Origin: Ascoidea asiatica JCM 7603
Taxonomy: Eukaryota > Fungi > Ascomycota
Direction: 5' to 3'
Assembly (NCBI GenBank): GCA_001600695.1
Contig: BCKQ01000001.1
Span: forward strand, 476,279 to 540,278
DNA: 64,000 nt
The notes beneath the pieces are model-generated. The model searched no databases. It saw only the letters and a program-made list of their open reading frames with translations, and was not told the origin of the DNA. The translations under genes were made by a program, and so were the position numbers. Of this stretch, positions 34,867 to 46,900 are shown one piece after another. Each line of letters opens with the position of its first letter. The first letter of the stretch is position 1.

Positions 34867-36420
34867 TTATCGGCCACAGAAAAGAATAGTTGCAACAATT
34901 CTTAGAAGTAAATTTCTTTTATGAGCTGTTGGTCCTCTTCTAAATAAAGTATAAACTTCATATTCAACATTTTCTATTTCTTTTAAACTTTCAAACAATG
35001 ATTTATTTTGTTCTGTACCACTCATACGAATTTTTTTTATTGATTTTGGAATATCTTTAATATCAATTAATCGAATAGAATTTCCTTTTAAATTTAATAA
35101 TTTTAATTTTTTAAAATTATTTAAATTCTTTGGAAATTCATTTAATTGATTACAATATAAATTTAATTTTCTTAAATTATAATTAAAATTATTATTTATA
35201 AAACTTTCATAATCAATTTCAATAATTTTATTATTAGATAAATTTAATTTTTTTAAATTTGTTAAATGATATAAATTTTGAATAATAATTATTTCATTTC
35301 TTTTTAAATTTAAAACTGAAAGTCTTTTAAGATTATTTAAATTTTCAATTTTTTTAATATGATTTGAAGATAAATTTAAATAATTTAATTTAAAAAGATT
35401 ATTAATTGAATTTGAAATTTTTGAAATATTATTTGAAGATAAATTTAAATAAATTAAATTTGATAAATTATTTAAATTTTCTAAATTTGATATTTGATTT
35501 CTTGATAAATTTAAATAATTTAAATTTAAAAGATAATTAAATGAATTTGGAATATAATTTATAAATGTAAAAGATAAATTTAAATATTTTAAATATATAA
35601 AATTATTTAAAAATTTAAATGAATTTATATCTTGAATAAAATCTTCATTAAGAAATTCATTATAACTTAAATTTAATTTTTTTAAATAAATAAAATTTGA
35701 AAATATTTTTAAATCATTATATTTTAAATTAGTATCATTTAAAGATAATTTTTTTAAATTTTTAATTTTTTTAAAATTATTTAAATTTAAATTTAATTTT
35801 CTAAAATTTGAAGAAATTGAAATATTTTTTAAATTTGGAAAATTTTTAATATTTGAAATAGATATAATTATATTATTAATTTTATTAATATTTTCTAAAA
35901 TTTCATTAGGATAATTTACAAAATGAAATGATAAAAATAATAAATTTTGAAAAATTTTAAATTTAAATTCATTTAAAATTAAATTAAGTATATTTGAATT
36001 AAAGATTCTAAAATTTAATTTTTTTAAATTTTGAATATTTTTCATTATATCATTTGTTTTAATTTTAAAAATTATAATATTATTTAATTGAAATTTTTTT
36101 GAATTTAAAATTAAATGTAATTTAATTTTTGAAATTGAAATTGAATTTGAATTTGAATTTGAATTTGAATTGGAATTTGAATCATGATTACAAATTGAAG
36201 AATTTTCAAGAATTAAATTTAATGAATTTTTTTTAATAAATTCAAAATTTGAAAAAATTAAAATAGATAATGAATTTAATGAAATTTTTTTAAATATTTT
36301 TTGAATAATATGATTTGGTAAATTATTTTCATATTTTATTAAAAATGTATTACCAATATTTTCTAGATTTAATTCATTCAGTTTTTTTTTAATTATATTA
36401 TTTTTAATAAAATTTAACAT
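34867..36420 (-). CDS. Leucine-rich repeat protein with an N-terminal F-box-like motif
   Basis: About 10 LxxLxLSxNxI repeats and N-terminal NLPNHIIQKIFKKISLNSLSIL. Confidence 0.85.
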   Translation of the reverse strand: MLNFIKNNIIKKKLNELNLENIGNTFLIKYENNLPNHIIQKIFKKISLNSLSILIFSNFEFIKKNSLNLILENSSICNHDSNSNSNSNSNSNSISISKIKLHLILNSKKFQLNNIIIFKIKTNDIMKNIQNLKKLNFRIFNSNILNLILNEFKFKIFQNLLFLSFHFVNYPNEILENINKINNIIISISNIKNFPNLKNISISSNFRKLNLNLNNFKKIKNLKKLSLNDTNLKYNDLKIFSNFIYLKKLNLSYNEFLNEDFIQDINSFKFLNNFIYLKYLNLSFTFINYIPNSFNYLLNLNYLNLSRNQISNLENLNNLSNLIYLNLSSNNISKISNSINNLFKLNYLNLSSNHIKKIENLNNLKRLSVLNLKRNEIIIIQNLYHLTNLKKLNLSNNKIIEIDYESFINNNFNYNLRKLNLYCNQLNEFPKNLNNFKKLKLLNLKGNSIRLIDIKDIPKSIKKIRMSGTEQNKSLFESLKEIENVEYEVYTLFRRGPTAHKRNLLLRIVATILFCGR

Positions 36421-36702
36421 TATATAATAATAATATACTATAGTTATTAGTAGTATTATAAAGATATATTCATTTGAAAAGTTTTAATACTTGTTATTGA
36501 TAAAAAGATAAAAGATAAGAGATATATTTAAATGAAATGAAATGAAATTTAAAACTTCAAAACTTTTCAAAACTTTTCAATACTTTTTAAAACTTGTTAA
36601 TAATAATTTTCCTTTTTAACGGTAATTTAAGCAAATTTTACCAAAATCAGGGGGGGCAATACCTTAAAATTTACATTTATTTTTATTATTTTTAATCTTA
36701 AT

Positions 36703-37098
36703 TTACCAGGAATCGAAATTACTTTTTAATTTATCATTTAAAGTATTAATAATATAATTTAAATAATTTAAAGATTCAATTAAATTCATTTCTAAGAAAA
36801 AATCAGAACCAATATTAATTTTAAAATTATTATTATTATTATTATTATTATCATTTGTATTTATTATTGATTTTGACCAAAATTCATTATTTTTATCTAA
36901 TGGAGCAAAAACTTCAAAATCAGTTGAATAATTATTATTATAATTATAATTATTTTTAATTTGAATTAAATAATTTAAAACTTGATTATATTCATTAATT
37001 TTCTTAATTAAAATTATTTTATATAATGAATTTGAATCTAATTTTGAAGATTCATTATCATTATCATTATCATATATAAATATATCTGAATTTGTCAT
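36703..37098 (-). CDS. Prefoldin alpha-class subunit, UXT-like
   Basis: Helix INEYNQVLNYL, two beta-hairpins (FEVFAPLDKNNEFWSKSII and FKINIGSDFFLEMNL) and helix IESLNYLNYIINTL. Confidence 0.7.
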   Translation of the reverse strand: MTNSDIFIYDNDNDNESSKLDSNSLYKIILIKKINEYNQVLNYLIQIKNNYNYNNNYSTDFEVFAPLDKNNEFWSKSIINTNDNNNNNNNNFKINIGSDFFLEMNLIESLNYLNYIINTLNDKLKSNFDSW

Positions 37099-37728
37099 TA
37101 TTCAATCACAATCACTCATTCAATTTGAATCAATTCTATAAACACTTGAAGTAGTTTCAGTTATTCAAATAAAGGTATAATAACAACTGTAATAAGAACT
37201 GTAATAAGAACTGAAATAACAGAAATAAGAAGAATGAAATGCCAAACAGGCCGGGTTACGCTGGAAAAGATTCTCTTCCTTCAAAAGTGATGGTTTGCAT
37301 GAGTAATTTGGGTAATTTGAGTCAAAACTTCATCATTGTCTCTGATCTTATACACTTTACAAGCTTCACATACTTCTGTATTTCCTTTCAAAGGTCTTTG
37401 ATGTCTTTGATGTTCTTGATGTTCTTGATGTTCTTGATGTTTTTGATGTTTCTGTTGTTGTTGTTTTAATCTGTTTTGTAACTCGAAACCAACATATTGA
37501 ATATATTGAAAATATTTCAAAACAACAGGAAAGAGAAGTGAATTACATCGTTAGTATTACATATGGAATGATACAAGAACGTTTTCTCTATTGGCTTTAC
37601 TCAAATAATAAATACTTCTCTTGAATATCTCATCGATATGTATATTTGATTTTAATTTTTTTTTTTTATTCTTCAATCAGTGCTTAAATAGCAATCAAAT
37701 AGCAATCAAATAAAAAAAAAAAAAAACA

Positions 37729-37800
37729 TTCCGATACCGGGAGTCGAACCCGGGTCTCCTCGGTGAAAGCGAGGTATGATCACCGTTACACTATATCGGA
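37729..37800 (-). tRNA. tRNA-Glu(TTC)
   Basis: Reverse complement TCCGATATAGTGTAACGGTGATCATACCTCGCTTTCACCGAGGAGACCCGGGTTCGACTCCCGGTATCGGAA, with a T-run downstream. Confidence 0.96.
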
Positions 37801-38031
37801 AAGATCCGATAAGGTTTCTTTTTTCTTTGGCTATTTATAGCAAAAGCTTAAATAAGCTTGTTTTATAAAATTCAAAATTTTAAAAGTTTGGTTATTCAGT
37901 ATATAGAAATATACAGTATATAGAAATAAAAAAGATTTATAAAAACTTTATTGATTCATTTATTTACTTATTTATATAACTTTTGACTAGCTACAAAAAA
38001 AAAAATCACAATTACAATCATAATTTATATC

Positions 38032-39360
38032 TTATAATTTAAGATCTTCCATTAAAAATTTTCCAATTTTTGCATTTCCATAACTTTCATATTTTTTTAA
38101 AGCTCTTGGATTATTAATATCAATTTCTTGATTTTCTTTAGAACATGAAACTACTGTTTTACTACCCATTGATATTGACATTCCAGGTCCCCAAATTGGA
38201 ATTTTATTTAATTTAAAATTTTTAATAAATTTTTTAATTAATAATTTAATTAAATTTTCTCCAATTAACATTCCACAAATTCTTGCACCTCCTGCACTTT
38301 TAATAACATTTAAATTTGTAATATCTCCACATGCAAAAATCTTATTCTCAAATCCTTTAATTGATCCAAATTCATCAATAATAATTTCTTCTTTATTATT
38401 TAAACAATTTTTATTTAAAAAAATTGATTCTTTATATTTTAAAAAATTTAAATTATTTTTAAATGATGTACACCAAAATTGTAATTCTTTTTCATTTTCA
38501 TTATCATTTTCATTTTCATTTTCATTTTCATTTTCATTGAAAATTACTGTTTCATTTTTTAATAATCTTTTATTCAATAAAACATTTTCAGAACCTAAAA
38601 CTTCTTTTAATTTCTTTGTACAAATTTCTCTAAATTCATTTGGTAATTTTGGTTCCTTAGGTAAATTAGAATATGGATGAATTAATTTAATTAATTTTTC
38701 AGGATATTCTTGTTTAATTTCTCCTGCAACTTCAATACCTAATGCTCCACCTCCAATAATAATTATATTTTTATTTTTTTCAATTTTTTCTTTAACTAAT
38801 TTCATTTCTTTTATAAATGAATTTTTATTTAAAGCTTTTGGATAAAATGGTTCATTTCTTTTTCTACCTGTTGATATCACACAATAATCAAATAAAATCT
38901 TATTATCATTTTTCTTATCTTTCTCAAAATCATTTGAATATTTAAAAGTTGCAAAATTTTCATGTAATTCTTCACAATATCCTTTAATATGATTAAAATT
39001 AATTTGAATATCAATACCTTCTTTAATATTTGGATTTTTAAATTTTAATGAATTTAAATTTTTATTAAATATTGGTAATGGAATTAATTCATTTTTTTCA
39101 TATTCAAAATATGATAATTTTGCAAATTCTTCTTTAATTATACATATTGGAATTGCAATATTATTAAGAAATCCATTTCTTGGTTCTAATAATGTAAAAT
39201 TTATTTCAATTGGTTTAAAATTATATAAATTTTTTAAATTAATTAAATTATTATTTGATGATGTAATTTTTTTAAGATTATTTATTAATCCTTTTAAAAC
39301 TCCAACACCACCAAATGATCCACCAATTAATAAAATTTCTTTCTTGATTCTATTAGACAT
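38032..39360 (-). CDS. AIF1: AIF/AMID (FSP1)-like FAD/NAD(P)H oxidoreductase
   Basis: ILLIGGSFGG, FDYCVISTG, IIIIGGGALGIEVAGEI, IFACGD. Confidence 0.8.
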   Translation of the reverse strand: MSNRIKKEILLIGGSFGGVGVLKGLINNLKKITSSNNNLINLKNLYNFKPIEINFTLLEPRNGFLNNIAIPICIIKEEFAKLSYFEYEKNELIPLPIFNKNLNSLKFKNPNIKEGIDIQINFNHIKGYCEELHENFATFKYSNDFEKDKKNDNKILFDYCVISTGRKRNEPFYPKALNKNSFIKEMKLVKEKIEKNKNIIIIGGGALGIEVAGEIKQEYPEKLIKLIHPYSNLPKEPKLPNEFREICTKKLKEVLGSENVLLNKRLLKNETVIFNENENENENENDNENEKELQFWCTSFKNNLNFLKYKESIFLNKNCLNNKEEIIIDEFGSIKGFENKIFACGDITNLNVIKSAGGARICGMLIGENLIKLLIKKFIKNFKLNKIPIWGPGMSISMGSKTVVSCSKENQEIDINNPRALKKYESYGNAKIGKFLMEDLKL

Positions 39361-40052
39361 TTTTTGATAAAAACTTTGATAATATAATATAAATTAATTA
39401 TAATATAAATTTTAAGATATTAATACTTTTTATAATGTATTTGAAAAAAAAAAAAAGTAAAAAATTGAAATCAAAATTGAAATTGAAATTTATTCAAGGC
39501 ATTCCCTTCTTTTTATATAAAAGTTATTATTATTTTGCTTATTAAATTTATTTCTCCATTTTCTCTTTTATTATTTGAATGTAATGTAATTCAATTCAAT
39601 TCAATTCAACTCAATTTCAATACAAAATTCAATTTACTTCCACTATTTCTCATCATAAATATTCTTTTCAATCAAATTAAAATTAAAAAGAAGCTGTAAT
39701 TTTACCGAGTTATACTAAATCAGATCCGATAAATATTTTTCACTTAGGAAATTTCCTAAAATAGATTATATCCGCATTTATCAAAACTAATTTTTCAAAC
39801 TGCAGCTTTGATAGGCGGAGTTAAGCAACTTCCACCCCGTCACAAAAAATAGCCCTGCACTTGTGATTAAGTAATAAACAATTCAAAATATTTCGGGTTT
39901 CGGGTTTCGGGTTTCGGATTTAAGTCCTAAATAGGCCAAAGTATATAGACCTAAAATAGAAATTTACTTAATTATTAGAAATATATTTGATAAATAAATG
40001 GAAAATGTTGTTTTTTAGTCATAATCTTCACCAATTACTATTTGTTATTAAT

Positions 40053-40898
40053 TTATTCATTTTTAAATGATTTTTTAGCTAAATCTATAAATATTTTAAT
40101 TTTATTTAAATCCTTTTTACCATCAGTTTCAACACCAGAACTTACATCAATTCCAATTAATCCAAAATCTTTCATTTTTTTAATTAAAATTTCAATATTA
40201 TTAATATTTAAACCACCAGCAATTATATAACTTAAAGAGCTTTTATTATCTTTATTAATTTTTTTATTTTTTTCATAAAATTTTATTATATTATCCCAAT
40301 TTATAATCTCTCCTTCTCCACCTTTATCAGAATCTAATAAAATTAAAAAATTATTAAATTTTAATAAAATTTCATTGTTTAATTTATTTAAATCATTTAA
40401 ATCATCAATTAAATATCTTGAAATTATTGGTTTATTAAATAATTTATTTGAATTTATATAACTTAACTTATTTTCATTACCATGTAATTGTATAAAATCT
40501 ATAAAATTAGATTTTTCATAAACTTCTTCAATTGATTGATTTCTAAAAACTCCAACTAAAAATGGTCCATTATTAATTACAAAATCTTTATTATAATTGA
40601 AATAATCTTCTATTGAAAAACTTTTATTATTGAAAATTTCATTATTTTTTAAATTTTTGTAATTTTTTAAAAAAAATTGAATTTTTCTTTCATTTTTTTT
40701 TCTTTTAATTCTTTCTAGTTTAACTAATTCATAAATTTCTTTACATATATTCAAATCAATTGATCTTGATCTATTTGGAACCATAATAACACCTAATAAA
40801 TCTGCTCCTGATTCAATTGCAGTTTTAGCTGCTTCCAATGTTTTCAATCCACATATTTTTATTATTGATCTATCATTTTTTGGATTAGCTTGGTCCAT
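40053..40898 (-). CDS. TRP1: Phosphoribosylanthranilate isomerase
   Basis: IIKICGL, LVGVFRNQ, FIQLHGNE, LLDSDKGGEG, IIAGGL, IDVSSGVETDG. Confidence 0.97.
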   Translation of the reverse strand: MDQANPKNDRSIIKICGLKTLEAAKTAIESGADLLGVIMVPNRSRSIDLNICKEIYELVKLERIKRKKNERKIQFFLKNYKNLKNNEIFNNKSFSIEDYFNYNKDFVINNGPFLVGVFRNQSIEEVYEKSNFIDFIQLHGNENKLSYINSNKLFNKPIISRYLIDDLNDLNKLNNEILLKFNNFLILLDSDKGGEGEIINWDNIIKFYEKNKKINKDNKSSLSYIIAGGLNINNIEILIKKMKDFGLIGIDVSSGVETDGKKDLNKIKIFIDLAKKSFKNE

Positions 40899-40999
40899 AA
40901 TTGAAATATTTCGAAATATATCTTTGTCTTTAAAAAAAATAAAGTTGAAGTAATATGTTTTAAATTATTCAATTCTCAATTCCATATCAAAATCGATAT

Positions 41000-43900
41000 A
41001 TTTCACAATTTTTACAATTGAATATACGTAACAAACCATTATTTACTCATTAATTATTTGTAAGCCGATTCCTCTGTGAAATAAATACTCGCCACAATGT
41101 CCAAAACAATATCATAGTGGCGCATTTAACATTCAAATCCAGTTTTCTGGAACTTTTTTATATTTTTTTATAGTTACCCTGTCCAATTCAGATGACTGAC
41201 AAAGCACTCGGTTAAAGTTCTTGGGTTCTGCACGAAGGAAAGTTAAATTGCAAGAACGTTTGTGGTGATTACGTAAGTTTTTTGTATGGAGAAATCTAAT
41301 ATCGAATAAGTTAAATTAAACACGAATAGACCTGGATTTTTTGATAAGGAAAGGATATAAAATAAATAAATTTGATGATTGAGTCAATATATTACTTAGT
41401 TAATATAATATAGAAGTTTCATTTAGTCTCTGGGATAATTGGTTAAGTCAATATTTCATTCAAACTACAAATTTCATCCAAGTTTTTCTCAAGAATTATC
41501 ACCAACTGCTCGAGTAGAATTTTTCTAATTTGTTATTTATTTTAATTATTCCTATTAATCTACTGATTTTATTTATCCTTGTTATAAGTGCCCGATAATA
41601 TATATTGCTCGAGTAATAATGGTCACTGTTGCATATCTTATTATTTAAATTAATGAAAAATGAAGATTATGAAACTTCTTTAACTCGTTAAATTATATTT
41701 TGTTCTAATTTTAATTTATTCAATTTTCGAGGCTATAAATATTTCATTTTGATTTTTATTCTATTAATTAGTTATAATCTATTATTAGAGTATATTCTAC
41801 TATTCTTTTCTCCTATAATTCGACTAAAAATTTATTTGATTATGTTATAACTATTACTGATAAAAAAATTTTAATTTTATCCAAAAAAAAAAAAAAAAAA
41901 AAGCTCATTGAAATTTTGAATATCAATATTTGTTTCATTAAATTGCAAAGTCAAGAAAGTCAAGTTTAGAAAGAAAAGAAAACATTGATTGGTTAAGAAT
42001 TTTTCTCCTAATCACTGGCTTTCTTCAATAATTCAGAATTATTTATAATTTATGTATAAAATTATTCACTTTCATGGAGTCAAATGGAGGAAAAAAGGAT
42101 TTAATCACCTAGACTACAAATTAAAAAAGAAAAAACTGTTTGGTTCGAGATTAATTAAAAGATATTCTCATCCAACTATTTTTGAAAGTTTTAAAACTTT
42201 TCAAATTGGAAACAAGCAAGAATATGAGGTTAAGATAAAAAGGAGATAAAAGATATCCTTGTTGATATGCTTAAATTGAGAAAAAATTGATTTTCACGTT
42301 GAAATTTCCTCATTCCACCTCCTCAATTGATTTTTTTTTTCGTTTTTTTTTCCTCTTTGAACCTTAATGTTTGAAAAACTTACAGAGTAAATATTATCAG
42401 TTTTTCAAGAACTGTAACAGTTAAATTTGAATCGAAACTTTTATTGCATTTTCATAAATATGTTAATAAGTTTTCATTGAGGAAATAAAAAATATAACAT
42501 TATTTTATTATAAGAGAATAATTTGAAAATAATATAAGATCCTTTTAGTTGAAAATTAATCTTATGGGACCTTATTTCAATTTCAAAATCGAAATAATCG
42601 AAAGATTTATTTATATTTTTCATATTTACAAAACATTAATAACGTTTGTAGTAATGATAAATAAATCATAAGTTTTTTTTTTTAAATTACAATACTTTTG
42701 ACGAGTCTCTTGTCAATATTTTAGAGTTAAGTTTTCTACCCTATTTTGTTACAATTTGATTTCGGATAGATGTTAAAAAAGTAAAAAAAAAAAAAAAAAA
42801 AAACAAGAATCAATAACTTGAATATTTCCAGTGAAAAATTTTTTACTTCACTTTTGTTTCTTTGTTTGTTTAACCTTCATTTTTTTGTATGTTTTCTGGA
42901 GGATTAGATCAGGCAATAAATACAAATAATTAAGGATTATTTTTCAAAGTGAAGATAATCACCAGGACAAAGAAAAATAATTGAAGTCATCTTGATGACC
43001 ATTGAGTTGATAATTATTATTATTTTTTTGTTTTTTATTAATATTATTATTTTGAAAATTAATTTTTCAACTTCAGTAATATTATAAGAAAAAATTTATT
43101 TCTTGTTTTGTGGTGTGGTGTTCTCAAGATTTGAAACCGCATTTTGATTTATTTCTCAAATCAGAGTCTGTAATATTCAAAAATAATAATAGCTATTAAT
43201 ATTTTTTTAATTTTTTTTGTCTCGAGTTAAAAGTTTCAAAATTATTAAATACTATAAAAAATTATAGAGAATGATCAGTTTATGTAAATTTGATGGTTTA
43301 TGATCTTAAATGAGTTTCCAAAACCATGAAATTTGTGAATAATTATGTAATTACATTGAGATTGTACGATTTTGAAAATATATTTTTATCTAAAGAGAGG
43401 TTATTTGTCTCAAAGTAAAAAAAGTATCCATTTCACCTATTTCTTTAGAGTACCTATTCCTTTTGTCCTGTGTAAAGATAAATGAAAATATATATATTTT
43501 TTACAAAATACTGTAGGAAATGGAATCTTTTATTATTTCAAAATTAAAATAATATAAAAGAAAAGCAAGTTATAGCCGGTAGGCTAACAGGACTAAATAA
43601 AATAAAAAATTAGTGAATATTCTAAACTCTTATTCAAAGTCTTGTTCAAAGGTTTTTTTGCAGTCTATTTTCCATATTCCAATTCCTCCATGAATAATCA
43701 ATAAGTAACAACTAACTATTTTCAGCGAGAATCGTGTGAGCTGTTTCCTTCCGAATTTGGAAACTGTTTAAAAACACAAAAATGCACAAAACTTTCACCC
43801 AAACCTCAAAAGCAACAACAGCCACAACAACAACAAACAATAACGAACAATCGACAATCCCACTGGGTTTTTGTGCAACGATAAATGTTTGATAAATGTC

Positions 43901-46900
43901 TGTGGTTGATTGTAGATTTGAGTATGCTTTTTGTATCAAAAAAGAGTTCCAGCTTCTCAAAATAGCTGAGTACATGGATGTGCGCTAGTCGAAGCCTCGC
44001 AACGTCCGTTGATCTCCGGTTACTGCCGTTTGCGGAATCTTTGAAGGGTATGCTGCTAGGTGCACTATCTTAACGGAAACTGCTTTGTAATAGTTGCAGC
44101 AGTCCGCTTTAAGTTCAAATAAAATTTTGGTTGTGCATTTTCGTATTAGTGGTAGAGTTAAAATACGGTATACAGAATACAGTATAAGCAGATTAAATCA
44201 AAAAGTTACAAAGTTGAAATTTTTCATGTTTTCCTTAAGCAGTTTTAAGCTAAGAAGAAAGATAAAAGATAAAGATCGTAGATAAAAGATAATAGATAAG
44301 AATATCATACACTTTTGTTCAAATTGAGTCGGAAATTATCCTATTTGATTGAAATTTTTAGTTTCTTAGTTTCTGAATTATCCTAAGCTAAAATATTTAG
44401 GAAGCTTTCAAAATAATTTTGTTTTTGACAACTGGGAAGGTTTTAGAGAAGAAACAGATGAGTACTTTTAATTGAAAATAGTCTGTTTTGTTTTGGTGGA
44501 AAAAAAAGTTTGAAAGATAAATTAACAATAAATGCACTCTGGATTACAGTGACTGATGAAAATTTATCTTAAAATTCACTCAATGAGTTTTTTTTTTTTT
44601 TTCTTTTGGTTTTTTGGCTTGCCAAGTTGTTTGTTATTAACCGTTAACAATGAAAAAAAATACATTGTTTACTTGAAAGCTGAAATAATTATTTGAATGA
44701 TGATCTTTAGGATCATAAGTTTTTAAGGAAGTTACATGGATGTTCCTGTTTCCTTAACTTTTACGCCTTTTAAAGTTAACTGTTAAGATAATATTAACAG
44801 TTAAAATAAAATTAAATGCACTTGAAATGTTATAATAATTAATATCACGTTAAAAAGAATCCGAAAATTATGTTCCAGTAGATCATCTTTTTGAAGAAGT
44901 TGAAATTTTCTAAAAAGATTCAAAGTTTTAATCAATAACAATTTCCAGTACAAGTACAATTCAAATCAATTATTGTATGTAGACTGTATTCGGCTTTCAA
45001 AATTTAAGATAATTGAGATTTCCAATAAGAATCGGTATAATTTTAATGAAATTATTAAATCAATTTTTCAGGCGAGTATAAAGAAAAAATTAGAAATGAA
45101 AAATTTTAATGATAAACATTGAAATATTCAGATATAGTATTGAAAAATCAAGCTAAAAAAATGTGAAATTAAAAAATATATTCATCAAGTATTACGTAAT
45201 AAAGGTTTAAAAAAATCAAACAAATTCTTTCTTAATTTTGTGTGTCAGTTGAAATGTTTTAGTGTATTTATTATACACAATAAAGAAAAGTACAGTAGAA
45301 AATAAAATAATTTTGTTTTTAACCGAAGAAAATAAAAAGAATAAGAACTAATTTTTACGAAAATGCAAAATTTAGTAATATTTTAGATAAATTTCCTATT
45401 TAAATTAGAATCATTAAATTTTTTAGAAAATATGAAAACTTCATATCTTTATGAAACAATTTAGAATAAAATAATATGATAAGAGATTTAGATTAACCAA
45501 GGTTACTGATACGAAGATTGAAATAAAGAATATTAAAGATGAATATTTTAATATTGTACTTTTTGATTGAATTTACTAAAGTTTGAAATATATCAAATTG
45601 TGGAGAAGCTAAAAATTAAAATGCAAAAAATATAAACAGATTCACTTTTCTTGGATATTTTACTTTTAAACCATGTTTTTTATATACTATTTTTTTTTCT
45701 ACTTGTGACTATTGTAAAAGAGAAATATATGAATAATCTCATATTCAAGAAAGAAAAGTAAATAGCTTTAAGGAATAGTAATTTGTAGTACTAGTGATTA
45801 AAAAGACAATATCTGTTAATTACCTTACAGGTTCTGAATTTACACTAAAATTCAAGAACCAAAAACAGCAAGAGAAACAGAATTGATTAACATCTGAATT
45901 CTTAATGAAGCCCAGATAAAAAAAAAAAAAGAAGGAAAAAGGAATATTGAAAATGCTGGTTGAATGTAATTAACAAGTCAAATTTTTCTTCATTCAATCA
46001 AGGTTAATTAATACAACCGAAAGTAGAACTAAAACTAACACCAAATTAATGATGGGCTGTTAATCGATTCAATTTTAAAGTAGAAATATAGAAAAATTGA
46101 ATATATGTGATAAAATTATATGAAACGTATTTGAATGATCCAAAAGATTTAATTAAAACATAAAACACACAACCTCAACAGTCTTATTCTTGAAGATAAA
46201 TTACTTCACAAGCCAGCATCATATATAAAATGGGTTCATTATTGTTCATTATTGTTCATTGTTGTTCAATAATGTTAATTATGGTTTATTATGATACGAT
46301 TATTCCTTATAAAGATTATTTTCCATTTTATCCTTACTTTATTCCCTTATGAATCTCAAACTACCACTGTTTTACCCTTTAATATTTCCCAGAACCGTTG
46401 AAAAATTGGGTTATTTTTGCATTTTCCATTGTTAATTTTATTAATTTTATCAATTTCTATTATTTTTATCATATTTATTAATTTTATAAAAATTCGAATG
46501 ATCATTAAGATTCTCTAATGACATAACGTACACAATTTCAAACACTTTTCACTCAATCAATGAAGTATTTTTATCTACCAGTAATATTACTGTTTAATGT
46601 CAATGTCTATTCGAGTAAAAACTGAGGAATTTGAAATATGAGATTAAGTGGAAAGAAAGAAAATAAGAAAATAAGAATTAACTAATATGGAAATCAAAAG
46701 AATTAATTTGAATAAACTTTGTTAAAAGATCATTAAATTCAGTTAAATTCAATAATATTACTCATACTTAATCTTTCATATCCCGAGCATCATTATATTC
46801 TCATGGATTTGAACCTTTTTTTTTTTTTTTTTATTTTTTTTCTTTTTACTCGGTTCTTATGTTATCAGAATATTCCTATCTCTTGAAAATCAATGATCTG

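Noticed and set aside
37550-37556. TACTAAC on the minus strand upstream of the UXT-like gene
   Set aside because: No donor site between it and the tRNA-Glu, and no nearby YAG acceptor.
39892-39917. TTTCGGG repeats as an interstitial telomere
   Set aside because: Only about 3.5 copies, indistinguishable from the many other short stutters.
42052-42249. 65-aa ORF with HFH as a possible rolling-circle HUH motif
   Set aside because: Too short, and no other Rep motifs are recognisable.
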